Below are positions 20,281 through 31,639 of a DNA stretch of 64,000 bases, in pieces (position 1 is the stretch's first letter; the number at the start of each line of letters is the position of its first letter). Below the pieces are notes generated by a model. The model saw only the letters and a program-made list of their open reading frames with translations. It did no database searches and was not told the DNA's origin. Source of the DNA: Candidatus Woesearchaeota archaeon. GTDB lineage: Archaea > Nanobdellota > Nanobdellia > Woesearchaeales > JABGXB01. The translations under genes and the position numbers were made by a program. The DNA lies in contig JABGXB010000003.1 in assembly GCA_018675975.1 (NCBI GenBank), positions 128,181 through 192,180 of the forward strand, read 5' to 3'.

Positions 20281-22698
20281 ATGAAAAAGATATTATTATT
20301 AATTTTTATTTTAATTTTTAGTTTAAATATGGTACATGCAGTACCAACAGCTAATGCTGGAAATCAACAAACAGTTAATGTTGGAGAATCAGTAAGCTTT
20401 TCAGCGACAACCTCAAGTTGTTCAAGTTGTAGTATTACAACTTATGTATGGAATTTACAAGATGGAAATAGTAAAAATGGTGTAACAACCACACATACAT
20501 ATACTACTGCAGGTGTTTATGATGTAAGTTTAGTTGTAGTTGATAATCAAGGTGAAATTGATTCAGATACTGTTAGAATTACAGTTGAAAATCAAGATTT
20601 AGTTTCCCCTACATTAACTCATACAAATATTACAAGTGGAACTGCAGGAAAAATTATGACTGTTACAGCAACAATTACAGATAATATTGGATTATCTTCA
20701 GTAAAATTATTTTATGCGGGTTTAAGTGAACTAACATATACAGAGCTTTCAATGAGTGCTTCAGGAGATTCTTATCAAGGAAATATTCCAGCAGCTAAAG
20801 TTAATGCAAGCGGTATTAAATATTATATGACAGCAGAAGATAGTTCACAAAATACAGCAAGATATCCAACACAACAAAGTACTTTTGTTAATGTAAGTGA
20901 TATTGATACAAATGATTCATTACCCCCTTCAACAATTATTGTTTCAATTGCAGGTGATACAAAAACACCTTATTATGATGCAGATAATTCAGATAGTAAA
21001 TCTAATGTAATCATTAATGGAGAAAGTGGAATGTCTTGCAGATGGGATACAAATGATACGAGTTATGGAAATATGCTTAATAGTAGAGTATGTACAGTTA
21101 GTTCAGCACAAGCTACATGTAATGTAACTACACAAACAATTTTGCCTAGTGGAGATGGAAGTGGAGAATATTATGTGTCTTGTATTGATAATAGTCAAAA
21201 TGAAAATGAACAAAATGGTACTACTAATTTAGATGTTAATTTTACACTAGATACAACAGTTCCAAATATAGCAGAGTTTAATGCTTCATTATTAGCTTTT
21301 GGAAATATTCAATTACAATGGGATGTAAATGATTCAACTAGTGATGTAAAATCTATAACATTATTTAGATCTACTAATAGTACATTATATGGAGCTGCTA
21401 GTCAAATCGCAGATAGTGGATTAGTGGAAACAGATTTAGTTTATGGATTAAAATATTATTATAGGATAAGTATCTTAGATAATGCGGGTAATATTAAAAA
21501 TAGTAGTATTATTAGTATTACAGATAATTCTACATTGACTTTAAATAAAACAAAAACAGTAGTTGGAAATGTAAGTACATTTACAACAGGTACGATTAGT
21601 AAATATATAAATAAAATTGAAGGTTTAACCGGTGTAGATAATGTTAGTGTATTTTTAAAAACTGCAGATGATCTAAATTTAACTATTACAAATGCAACAA
21701 AAACTTTTGATGCATTAAGGATTACACCAAATAATGATAGCTTTTCTGGTAATGCAACAATTGTATTTTTTATTCCAGAAGATTCATTTGAAGCAAATGG
21801 AGCAAATTCAAGTTATGTATATATAGATCATTATGATAATGGAACATTTGTAGAAAGAATAAAAGCAAACTTTATGGCGGCACCTAGTGGGTCTAATGGA
21901 TATAAATTTAACTTTACAACAACAAACTTTTCAGACTTTGTACCAAGTTATGTTGCACCTACAAGTAGTTCAAGTAGCAGCAGTAGCAGCTCAAGTAGTA
22001 GTAGTGGATCATCTAGTGGAGGAGGAGGTGGCGGAAGCTCATTAACCTCATCCATAGAAATAAAAACATATGAAAAGTCTATTGTTTTAGGTGATAATGT
22101 AGTAAATAAAATTAGTATATATACTACATACTTAAAAAAGATTGAAATAAATGTAAAAGAAGCAGTTAATGGTAAGTTAAAAACAAAAATAAGTACAGAC
22201 GTTCCTGAAGGTGCTAACAAACATAGTAATAAAGTATTTAGATATTTTGATATTGAATTAGGTATTGATAATAATTTAATTGAATCATCAAATCTGAAAT
22301 TTAGAGTAACAAATAAATGGTTAGAAGAAAATAAATTGGAAAAAGAAAATGTGGTTTTAGCAGTTTATGAAAATAGTGGATGGACTGAATTAGAAACTGA
22401 ATTAATTGGAGAAGGTTCTACTTATGTAGAATTTAATTCAAATGTACCTCATTATTCAATTTTTGCAGTAACTGTTAAAAATGCAAAACCAAGTGAAAAA
22501 ACAGAAGAAACATCAGAAGAAGAAAAGAGTGTTGAAGCAGAAAATAATTTAGATGGTGAAGTATTAAATGAAGACAATAATGTAGACTTTGAAGAGGAAA
22601 AATCAAGTTCATCAACTACATGGCTATGGACATTTATAATTTTATTAATAGCGATTGGAATTGGAACTTGGCATTATATAAACCATAAACAAAATTAA
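20281..22698 (+). CDS. Cell-surface protein: PKD + FN3-like + PGF-pre-PGF domain + C-terminal TM anchor
   Basis: PTANAG...YVWNLQDG...HTYTTAGVYDVSLVVVD (PKD); Ser/Gly linker; YFDIEL..F.V...WL.....W.EL.T......SNVPHYSIFAV (PGF-pre-PGF); C-terminal TM; SD GAGGTGA overlaps the upstream stop. Confidence 0.85.
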   Translation: MKKILLLIFILIFSLNMVHAVPTANAGNQQTVNVGESVSFSATTSSCSSCSITTYVWNLQDGNSKNGVTTTHTYTTAGVYDVSLVVVDNQGEIDSDTVRITVENQDLVSPTLTHTNITSGTAGKIMTVTATITDNIGLSSVKLFYAGLSELTYTELSMSASGDSYQGNIPAAKVNASGIKYYMTAEDSSQNTARYPTQQSTFVNVSDIDTNDSLPPSTIIVSIAGDTKTPYYDADNSDSKSNVIINGESGMSCRWDTNDTSYGNMLNSRVCTVSSAQATCNVTTQTILPSGDGSGEYYVSCIDNSQNENEQNGTTNLDVNFTLDTTVPNIAEFNASLLAFGNIQLQWDVNDSTSDVKSITLFRSTNSTLYGAASQIADSGLVETDLVYGLKYYYRISILDNAGNIKNSSIISITDNSTLTLNKTKTVVGNVSTFTTGTISKYINKIEGLTGVDNVSVFLKTADDLNLTITNATKTFDALRITPNNDSFSGNATIVFFIPEDSFEANGANSSYVYIDHYDNGTFVERIKANFMAAPSGSNGYKFNFTTTNFSDFVPSYVAPTSSSSSSSSSSSSSSGSSSGGGGGGSSLTSSIEIKTYEKSIVLGDNVVNKISIYTTYLKKIEINVKEAVNGKLKTKISTDVPEGANKHSNKVFRYFDIELGIDNNLIESSNLKFRVTNKWLEENKLEKENVVLAVYENSGWTELETELIGEGSTYVEFNSNVPHYSIFAVTVKNAKPSEKTEETSEEEKSVEAENNLDGEVLNEDNNVDFEEEKSSSSTTWLWTFIILLIAIGIGTWHYINHKQN

Positions 22699-22903
22699 TT
22701 TTTTTTTATTTTTTTACTTATTTTTTTAAATTGTTTTCTTTGAACTAGTTTAAATTTCTTTTTAGAAATAATATATATAAATTCTTTTAATCACAAGAAT
22801 CATTTGTAAAACATATATACTTTACAATAGTTTTACTTTCAAGAACTTTGTAAGCTATAACCATATGCAACTAATGAATTTGCATATGTAAAATTACAAT
22901 AAA

Positions 22904-24814
<1,911 letters not shown>

Positions 24815-24966
24815 TTAATATAGTATTTGAGAATTAGGTTTATTTATAAATGTACCGTCGGTTTTAGCATACAAAAAACAATTTAATTATTTCAAAAAAT
24901 AATTAATAAAAATATATTTTTATTCTTAGAAAGTTTTATAAAACAAATATTAATTTGAAATATTAA

Positions 24967-25041
24967 GCTCCGGTGGTGTAGTCCGGCCTATCATGTAGCC
25001 CTTTCGAGGCTACGACCCGGGTTCGAATCCCGGCCGGAGCG
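24967..25041 (+). tRNA. tRNA-Glu (anticodon TTC)
   Basis: GCTCCGG/CCGGAGC acceptor stem, TAGCC-CT-TTC-GA-GGCTA anticodon arm, TTCGAAT T-loop; CCA not encoded. Confidence 0.96.
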
Positions 25042-25076
25042 CTTTTATAATTCTTAATAAAATATAAAAAAATTAA

Positions 25077-25601
25077 TTAAAGAAATTCTTTTAATTCAAA
25101 ATCACTAATAGTTTTTTTTAATTCTTCAATATTTCTTACTGGAATATTATACATTATTTTTAAAGGCTCTAATAATGAATTTTCAAAATCTTCAAATTGT
25201 TTATATCCACCTTCATGAACTTTTTTTCTCATATCCAATAATAATTGATTGTATTTTATTGGATCTTCAAAAAAGTCTGAATCAGTACGTTTTTTTAATT
25301 GCTCAATTAATATTTCATCAGCAGTCCCTAAACAAAATAATAAATTACCATTATTATATTCACTAATTTTTTCAAAGCCCAATTCCAAATGACAACCACC
25401 ATTAAAATATAATATTTCACCAGTTATTGTAATAGGTAAATATTTATGATTTATATTCACTATTGTTTCATTATCAAATTGACTTTCTAAACTTTCTGTT
25501 TCTACACTAGGACATACCATAAAATAATCAGAAAATTTACTTACTGATTGTTCTAAAGCATCACATAATGTTTTATTTAATTTTTTATTTATATTTGACA
25601 T
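25077..25601 (-). CDS. Hypothetical protein
   Basis: 174-aa ORF with G-rich SD-like site; divergent from a TrmB gene. Confidence 0.65.
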   Translation of the reverse strand: MSNINKKLNKTLCDALEQSVSKFSDYFMVCPSVETESLESQFDNETIVNINHKYLPITITGEILYFNGGCHLELGFEKISEYNNGNLLFCLGTADEILIEQLKKRTDSDFFEDPIKYNQLLLDMRKKVHEGGYKQFEDFENSLLEPLKIMYNIPVRNIEELKKTISDFELKEFL

Positions 25602-25657
25602 ATTATTCCCCCGTCTATCATTCTAGTAATGATTAAAATCAAATATATAAAATGTTG

Positions 25658-25676
25658 TCGTACTAAATATATACGA
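25658..25676. promoter_or_regulatory. Putative TrmB operator, TCGTA-N9-TACGA
   Basis: Inverted repeat between the divergent TATA boxes of ORF 25601 and TrmB 25710. Confidence 0.5.
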
Positions 25677-25709
25677 AAATTTTAAAAATAATAAGTACTT
25701 ACAAAAATT

Positions 25710-26459
25710 ATGGAAATACTTAAAAAAATTGGATTAACTGAAAATGAAATAAAAATTTATTTAGATTTATTAAAATCAGGAAGTAGTACTGCATATGAAA
25801 TTAGTAAAAGAATTAATATTTACCGAGTTCATGTTTATGATAAATTAGAACAATTAATCAATAAGGGATTGGTCACATATATTTACAAAAGTTCTAAAAA
25901 ACATTTTCAAGCTACAAATCCATCTAAAATTAAAGATCATTTAGAAGAGAAAAAAAAAGAAATTGAAAATCAAGAAAAAGATGTTGATAAAATTTTACCA
26001 GAATTAAATAATATGTTAAAAATAAAAAAAGAGGATACATATGTCGAAATTTTTAAAGGAATTGAAGGGCTGAAATATTTCTTAAAAGATATAATAAAAA
26101 CAGAAAAAGAAGTTTTAATTACTGGAATTGACGATAAAAAATATCAAGATAATTTACCTTTATTTATGAAACAATATTTTAGAGATTTAAAATTAAAAAA
26201 AATAAAAGAAAGAATAATAACTGAAAATAAAAAAAACATTTTTTTATTTGATAAAAAATTAGCCCCTACAACAAATTATAGATATTTAAAAAACAATGAA
26301 TTCAATCCTACAAACACATTTATTTATGGAAATAAAGTCGTCTTAGTAACATGGGGAAATCCAGTTACTTCAGTTATGATCAAAAATGATTTAATAGCAA
26401 AAACATATAAAAGTCATTTTGAGCATTTATGGAAAATCGCTAGTAAAAAATTAATCTAA
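25710..26459 (+). CDS. TrmB-family transcriptional regulator
   Basis: LKKIGLTENEIKIYLDLL...YDKLEQLINKGLV wHTH; C-terminal effector domain ending FEHLWKIA. Confidence 0.92.
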   Translation: MEILKKIGLTENEIKIYLDLLKSGSSTAYEISKRINIYRVHVYDKLEQLINKGLVTYIYKSSKKHFQATNPSKIKDHLEEKKKEIENQEKDVDKILPELNNMLKIKKEDTYVEIFKGIEGLKYFLKDIIKTEKEVLITGIDDKKYQDNLPLFMKQYFRDLKLKKIKERIITENKKNIFLFDKKLAPTTNYRYLKNNEFNPTNTFIYGNKVVLVTWGNPVTSVMIKNDLIAKTYKSHFEHLWKIASKKLI

Positions 26460-26593
26460 ATTTTAATTAAATATAAAAAATATATATTTAATATGATTAT
26501 TTAGACATTTAATCAGCCAAAATATTTATAAACTGACCATGTCCACGTTAAAATAAGTAATTTAATATTTTTATATTTAGAGGATAATTAATA

Positions 26594-26695
26594 ATGAAAC
26601 GAAGTTCAAGAAGATGGAAGAAAAAAGGCCAAATGCGTTGGAAATGGCAAAGAAAGAAAATGCGTAAAGAGAAGAGAAGAAGACTTAAAAAATAG
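26594..26695 (+). CDS. rpl41e: Ribosomal protein eL41 (eS32), not in the ORF track
   Basis: MKRSSRRWKKKGQMRWKWQRKKMRKEKRRRLKK*; MRWKW.KK.MR core with an archaeal N-terminal extension; GAGGA SD. Confidence 0.92.
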   Translation: MKRSSRRWKKKGQMRWKWQRKKMRKEKRRRLKK

Positions 26696-26785
26696 TTTTC
26701 TTCTAAAAAATTTACTATTTCTATTAAAATTTTAAATACAAAATAAAGATTTATAAAGAGGCAAAAAAATCTCATATTATTATTA

Positions 26786-26857
26786 GGACCTATGGTCTAG
26801 TGGTATGACGTTACCCTTACAAGGTGAAGGTCGCCGGTTCGATCCCGGCTAGGTCCA
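26786..26857 (+). tRNA. tRNA-Val (anticodon TAC)
   Basis: GGACCTA/TAGGTCC acceptor stem, TTACC-CT-TAC-AA-GGTGA arm, TTCGATC T-loop. Confidence 0.95.
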
Positions 26858-26891
26858 TATTATTTTTATAATTCATTAGAAATAAAAATAA

Positions 26892-26962
26892 GCGCCCGTG
26901 GTTCAATGGTAGAATACGACCTTGCCAAGGTTGAGACCCGGGTCCGATTCCCGGCGGGCGCA
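26892..26962 (+). tRNA. tRNA-Gly (anticodon GCC)
   Basis: GCGCCCG/CGGGCGC acceptor stem, CGACC-TT-GCC-AA-GGTTG arm; T-loop TCCGATT. Confidence 0.93.
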
Positions 26963-26977
26963 TAGAAACCAATAAAA

Positions 26978-27295
26978 ATGGAAACAGAAAGAATTAACCT
27001 TACAAAATTATTACACCAAGATTTAAATTTTAGTTTTAGTCAAACAGAAACAACTACATTATCAAAAGCCATTAAAGATGAGAATTTTTATTATATGTGG
27101 GCACATAATAAACCAGAAGTAGATATTGTTACTTTATCAAGTGAGTATGATCCAAATAGTTTAAATTTATATAGAATTCACATGTTAAATTTAAGACCTA
27201 ATATGCAATTAAAAAATTTATCTCCATACAAAAAAGGTGAAGAAGCATTAAAGTTTTTAATGGGATACATTGGACAAAAAAATACTTTAAATTAA
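26978..27295 (+). CDS. Hypothetical protein
   Basis: 105-aa ORF starting 15 nt after tRNA-Gly. Confidence 0.55.
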   Translation: METERINLTKLLHQDLNFSFSQTETTTLSKAIKDENFYYMWAHNKPEVDIVTLSSEYDPNSLNLYRIHMLNLRPNMQLKNLSPYKKGEEALKFLMGYIGQKNTLN

Positions 27296-28209
27296 TTTTT
27301 TGTAAATTGATTTTTTTTTACAGGTTCATATTGAACAATATTAGTAATATTAAAATCACTTCTTTCAATATTTCCAATATTTAAACCTTTTTTAGTACTC
27401 TCAAATAATTCATAATCAACACCTTGATGATTAAAATAAACTTGTTTAGTTATATCTTTATCAGCTTGTTTATAATTTTCTAAAGCATTATTAATTTCAC
27501 CCACAGTAATTTTACCTGGTTCAACTCCTTTTTCTTCAGCTAATTTCTTGCTAATTTGATCACGTAATTTTAACATATCATCAGTTAAAGTTATTAATTG
27601 TTTTTTGTGCTCTCCACTTTTTTTTTCTATACCTAAAGTAACATGTTGTGGTTCATAAACAAATAAAAATTTTCTATCTTTTTTATAATCTAAAGCACTA
27701 GCTAAAAATACAGTATGATCTTCACAATCCCCACCATTCTCAATTAAAGTTTCAATAGGATATTTTGTATATCCTCTATAAATTCCTAATTTTTCAAAAA
27801 AAGGTGTAGTATCATTTTGATAAGTAAAATTATTTGACATAAAATTTTTTACTTTTTGTGGAAAAGTATTTCCATTTTCATAAGTATCAATTAAAGCAAA
27901 TATTTTATTAAGCTCCGGAGATGTTACATAATCGGATAATTTAGTTTCAGAATCTCTTTTTCTTAATTGATTTTTTTTACGTAAATAAAGTTCTTTTGGA
28001 ACTCCAAATTTAAATTCTTTAAAATCTATTTTTAATTTTAATTCAATTGTATCTGGAACAGATAATGGATCAATTTTTTTATTTGTAAAGCCATTATTTA
28101 AATTCATTACTATTCCATTGTATACAACTAATCCAGCAAGTGGAATAAATAATATATTAGAAATTTTTTCAACTAAACTGTTTTTTTCTAATTTGCCTTC
28201 TGAATTCAT
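27292..28209 (-). CDS. Membrane-anchored transglutaminase-like cysteine protease/transferase
   Basis: N-terminal TM; YP.ETL....GDCEDHTVFLAS (Cys), PQHVTLG (His), LFEST (acid). Confidence 0.8.
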   Translation of the reverse strand: MNSEGKLEKNSLVEKISNILFIPLAGLVVYNGIVMNLNNGFTNKKIDPLSVPDTIELKLKIDFKEFKFGVPKELYLRKKNQLRKRDSETKLSDYVTSPELNKIFALIDTYENGNTFPQKVKNFMSNNFTYQNDTTPFFEKLGIYRGYTKYPIETLIENGGDCEDHTVFLASALDYKKDRKFLFVYEPQHVTLGIEKKSGEHKKQLITLTDDMLKLRDQISKKLAEEKGVEPGKITVGEINNALENYKQADKDITKQVYFNHQGVDYELFESTKKGLNIGNIERSDFNITNIVQYEPVKKNQFTKN

Positions 28210-28314
28210 GAATTTTCGACAAAATTATACATTATAAATGTTTCGTTTTGTAACTACTAGTAAATTAATAAAAAACATAGTATGATTTAAAAACAGATTA
28301 AATCAATAGTAATT

Positions 28315-28971
28315 ATGGAATGGAACATCGTACATAGAACTATTTGTAATTCTCAAATGTTAGCCTCCATAGCTTTAAATGGACTTTTAATACCATCTGA
28401 AAGAAAAATAAAAGTTCCTAAAAAAATAAAAGATTTAAATAGAAAATTAAAAAATTCACCAATTAACTATGAACTTATTACTAGTATAAATAAATTTTAC
28501 GATAATTTAAAACCAAAACATTTACCAGAACGATCAAATTCAATTTATGGCGCAATTAATTTAGAGGAAAAGTTAGATGAAACAGATTTATTATTTGAAG
28601 ATATAGTCACATATATAAAAATCAATTTTAAAAAATTTGCATATGTTTCTGATCAAAATTTAGGTGGACTTATTTTTAACTTACATCAAAGTGAAATTAA
28701 TTTATTAACAGAAAAAAAATTACCTTTAGATTTATTAAAAAGTACAGAAAAATATGCACTAGAATATTGGAGTAGAGTAATTTCACTAGAAGAATTTGAA
28801 AAAAATTATAGATTTCATCCATTAGAAAGACTAAGTAATAATAGTTGGATTAAAAGAGAAGAATCCACTAATAAAAAATTACCAAAATACTTTCTATATC
28901 CAGAAATTATTTTTCCAGAAAGTATACCTAGAAAATATATAGATATAATTCATTCAAATATAATTAATTAA
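28315..28971 (+). CDS. Hypothetical protein, possible ADP-ribosyltransferase-like fold
   Basis: VHRT...SIALNGL.P, RSNSIYG, C-terminal PEIIFPESIP..YI. Confidence 0.5.
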   Translation: MEWNIVHRTICNSQMLASIALNGLLIPSERKIKVPKKIKDLNRKLKNSPINYELITSINKFYDNLKPKHLPERSNSIYGAINLEEKLDETDLLFEDIVTYIKINFKKFAYVSDQNLGGLIFNLHQSEINLLTEKKLPLDLLKSTEKYALEYWSRVISLEEFEKNYRFHPLERLSNNSWIKREESTNKKLPKYFLYPEIIFPESIPRKYIDIIHSNIIN

Positions 28972-29225
28972 AAAAATTAATTACTTAATTTACATAAGTA
29001 TTCAATATGTCATTTAAAAGAATTAAGAATATAAATATGATTATATGATAGATTTAATATAGTTTATTTATTTGTAGTCCATTTACTAAAAAGTCAACAT
29101 TTAGAAAATTCATAAGGCATCACACCAATTATATCTACACTTGGTTTTGTAATTAATTCAAATCAGTTACTAATTGGAATACAAACTGATATAGATGGAA
29201 ATTATTTTTTAATCCCAAAACAGAA

Positions 29226-29882
29226 TTAAAAATTAATACGAAAGCCACCAAAAATAGTTTTGTTTTTTGAATTTCTAATTCCATTAATGAAAACATCAGT
29301 ATTATTACCTACATTATTTGATAGTAATACATCATAATATTCTCCAACACTACCATTTTTTTTATAATCAATTGCATTAAAAAATTCTAATCCAAATTTA
29401 TCATCAATTTTAATTCCAGAGTAATTTGTAAATCTAATTATATCACTATTACCAGTAATTTCACTATAACCATATCCACCATTAAAAAGATTACCCAATT
29501 GACTTGCTGGACCATATACCCTTAAACCGTATCGTTCATCAAATATTCCATGTTCATCAAAATATAAGTCTGCTTCTGCATGTAATTTAATATCCCAAAA
29601 TATTTTATTATCTTTAATTTTTAATAAAGGAGTGTGAAATCTATGTCTTCCAAAATATGAACTTTCTTTAAAATCAAAAAATTCATTATAACCATGATGA
29701 TTTAATTCAAATCCATTAAAATCAATTTTATGGTTTGAAATGAATCTACTTCTTTTTTTATCATTAGAAATTAATGACTGATCATATCCTACATATCCTG
29801 GAGTAATTTCAATTCCATCTATTTTAGGTGAAATTAGACCTAATAATCCAATTCCAATAGTTGTTATTATTTGTTTCTTCAT
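29226..29882 (-). CDS. Secreted beta-rich protein, porin/beta-barrel-like
   Basis: Signal peptide; Gly/aromatic alternating strands; terminal GGFRINF; GGAGGAG SD upstream. Confidence 0.6.
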   Translation of the reverse strand: MKKQIITTIGIGLLGLISPKIDGIEITPGYVGYDQSLISNDKKRSRFISNHKIDFNGFELNHHGYNEFFDFKESSYFGRHRFHTPLLKIKDNKIFWDIKLHAEADLYFDEHGIFDERYGLRVYGPASQLGNLFNGGYGYSEITGNSDIIRFTNYSGIKIDDKFGLEFFNAIDYKKNGSVGEYYDVLLSNNVGNNTDVFINGIRNSKNKTIFGGFRINF

Positions 29883-29949
29883 TTTTCATACTCCTCCATC
29901 ACCTCAAAGTATATGATTTACAAAAATTATATATTTAAATATAACCTAA

Positions 29950-29961
29950 CCCCAAAGGGGG
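29950..29961. promoter_or_regulatory. Putative TrmB operator, CCCC-AAA-GGGG
   Basis: GC palindrome in an AT-rich spacer between two divergent TATA boxes. Confidence 0.45.
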
Positions 29962-30003
29962 AGAAATAATAAATTTTATAACTAATAAAAAAACCTAGTT
30001 ATT

Positions 30004-31557
30004 ATGGATATGAATTTTTTAGAAGAATTAGGCCTAACAAAATCAGAAATTAAAGTTTATTTATCCTTATTAGAAATAGGAGAATCAAGTACAGGAAAAA
30101 TAGTTGATAAAGCAAAAGTATCTTCATCAAAAATATATGAAATAATGGATAAATTAATTCAAAAAGGATTAGTATCATATATAATTAAATCAGGTGTAAA
30201 ATATTTTGAATCAGCACAACCAAATAGATTATTAGATTATATTAGTGAAAAAGAAAAAAAATTAGAAATTCAAAAAGAAAAAATAAAAAAAATATTACCT
30301 GAATTAGAACTTAAAAAAAAATTATCCAATTATAAATCACAAGCAACTATATATAAAGGATATAAAGGATTAGAAACTGCATTTTTTGAAAGTTTAGATT
30401 TACTAAAAGCAAATGAAGAATTATTAGTAATAGGAATTCCAAATAGAAGTGAAATATCAAACAGGTTTTTTGTGAAATTTGCAAAAGAAAGGCAAAGAAG
30501 AAAAATTAAATCACGTGCTACAATTAATGAAATTGCTAGAGGCGAATTACAAACATTAAAAAAAAATTTATATTCACTAAAACTAAAATACATACAACAA
30601 ACTATGCCTGCAGCAATTAATATTTTTAAAGATAGAATAATTATATTCCCAGAAGAAAAAGATGAAATTATATTATTTGTTATTGATAATAAAGAAATTG
30701 CAGAAAGTTTTAGAGTTCAATTTGAACTTTTATGGAATCAAGACGTATCCACATATCACGGACACAATGCAGTTGAATCAATTTATGATTCAATAATTGA
30801 GAATACAAATAAAAAAAATGAGATATTAATTTATGCTTCAAAACCAAATGATAAAAGAAGTAGTGAATATAATATTGAATGGCAAAAAAAAATTGCTAAA
30901 AAAGCAAAAAATGTAAAATTACTTTATTATGGACAAAATGAAATTAATAATGAGCGTCTAAAAAAAGTTAATCAAACTGGCTGTATATCTAAAATTTATC
31001 CAACTAGTCAAAACCTACCCATCTCCACTATTATAACAAAAAATGAAGTAATCAATACAATATGGTCAAATAAACCAACAGCAATTAAAATTGAAAATAA
31101 AATTGTTGCAAACTCATTAAAAGAAAATTTCAACATATTATGGAATCAAAATACATTCGTAGTTAAAGGAATAAAAGCCATTGAAAATATTTTTATGGAT
31201 ATGTTAAATTATAAACAAATAGATTTTATTGGTGCACGAGGGTATTTAATCGATAAAAGTCCTAAATTTATTTCCAAATGGGAAAAATTAGCAATTGAAA
31301 AAGGATTTAAAATGAGAAATATTGTGGATAAAGAAATAAAGGGACATAAAATTACACGTTTTCCTTTTGCAAAAACTAAATATACCATACCAAAAGAATA
31401 TGCAAAACTATCAGTAATATGGATTTATGGAAATAAAATTGCAATTAGTAATTGGACAAAAAAAGAACCTTTCGCAATAATAATTAATAATAAAGAAATT
31501 TATGATATGTACAAAAGTCAATTTGAAATAATCTGGAATATGAAAAAATTTAAATAA
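30004..31557 (+). CDS. TrmB-family regulator with three tandem effector-binding domains
   Basis: LEELGLTKSEIKVYLSLL wHTH; three repeats ending FELLWNQ, FNILWNQ, FEIIWNM. Confidence 0.9.
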   Translation: MDMNFLEELGLTKSEIKVYLSLLEIGESSTGKIVDKAKVSSSKIYEIMDKLIQKGLVSYIIKSGVKYFESAQPNRLLDYISEKEKKLEIQKEKIKKILPELELKKKLSNYKSQATIYKGYKGLETAFFESLDLLKANEELLVIGIPNRSEISNRFFVKFAKERQRRKIKSRATINEIARGELQTLKKNLYSLKLKYIQQTMPAAINIFKDRIIIFPEEKDEIILFVIDNKEIAESFRVQFELLWNQDVSTYHGHNAVESIYDSIIENTNKKNEILIYASKPNDKRSSEYNIEWQKKIAKKAKNVKLLYYGQNEINNERLKKVNQTGCISKIYPTSQNLPISTIITKNEVINTIWSNKPTAIKIENKIVANSLKENFNILWNQNTFVVKGIKAIENIFMDMLNYKQIDFIGARGYLIDKSPKFISKWEKLAIEKGFKMRNIVDKEIKGHKITRFPFAKTKYTIPKEYAKLSVIWIYGNKIAISNWTKKEPFAIIINNKEIYDMYKSQFEIIWNMKKFK

Positions 31558-31639
31558 AGTATGAGAATTTCAAATTATAAAAATTCTACTAATAATTAAA
31601 TTTATAAACGCATTCAAATTGATTCAAATTGTTTATTTT

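Noticed and set aside
21960..22040. AGT/AGC/GGA microsatellite as a phase-variation tract
   Set aside because: It encodes an ordinary Ser/Gly linker with mixed codons, and triplet slippage would keep the frame.
22848..22899. SECIS element after gyrB
   Set aside because: No in-frame TGA in gyrB and no convincing archaeal SECIS motif.
29040..29228. Possible pseudogene or read-through frame (…HLENS*GITPIISTLG…) and weak hairpins
   Set aside because: No start or SD, no recognisable homology; short stems are expected by chance at this AT content.
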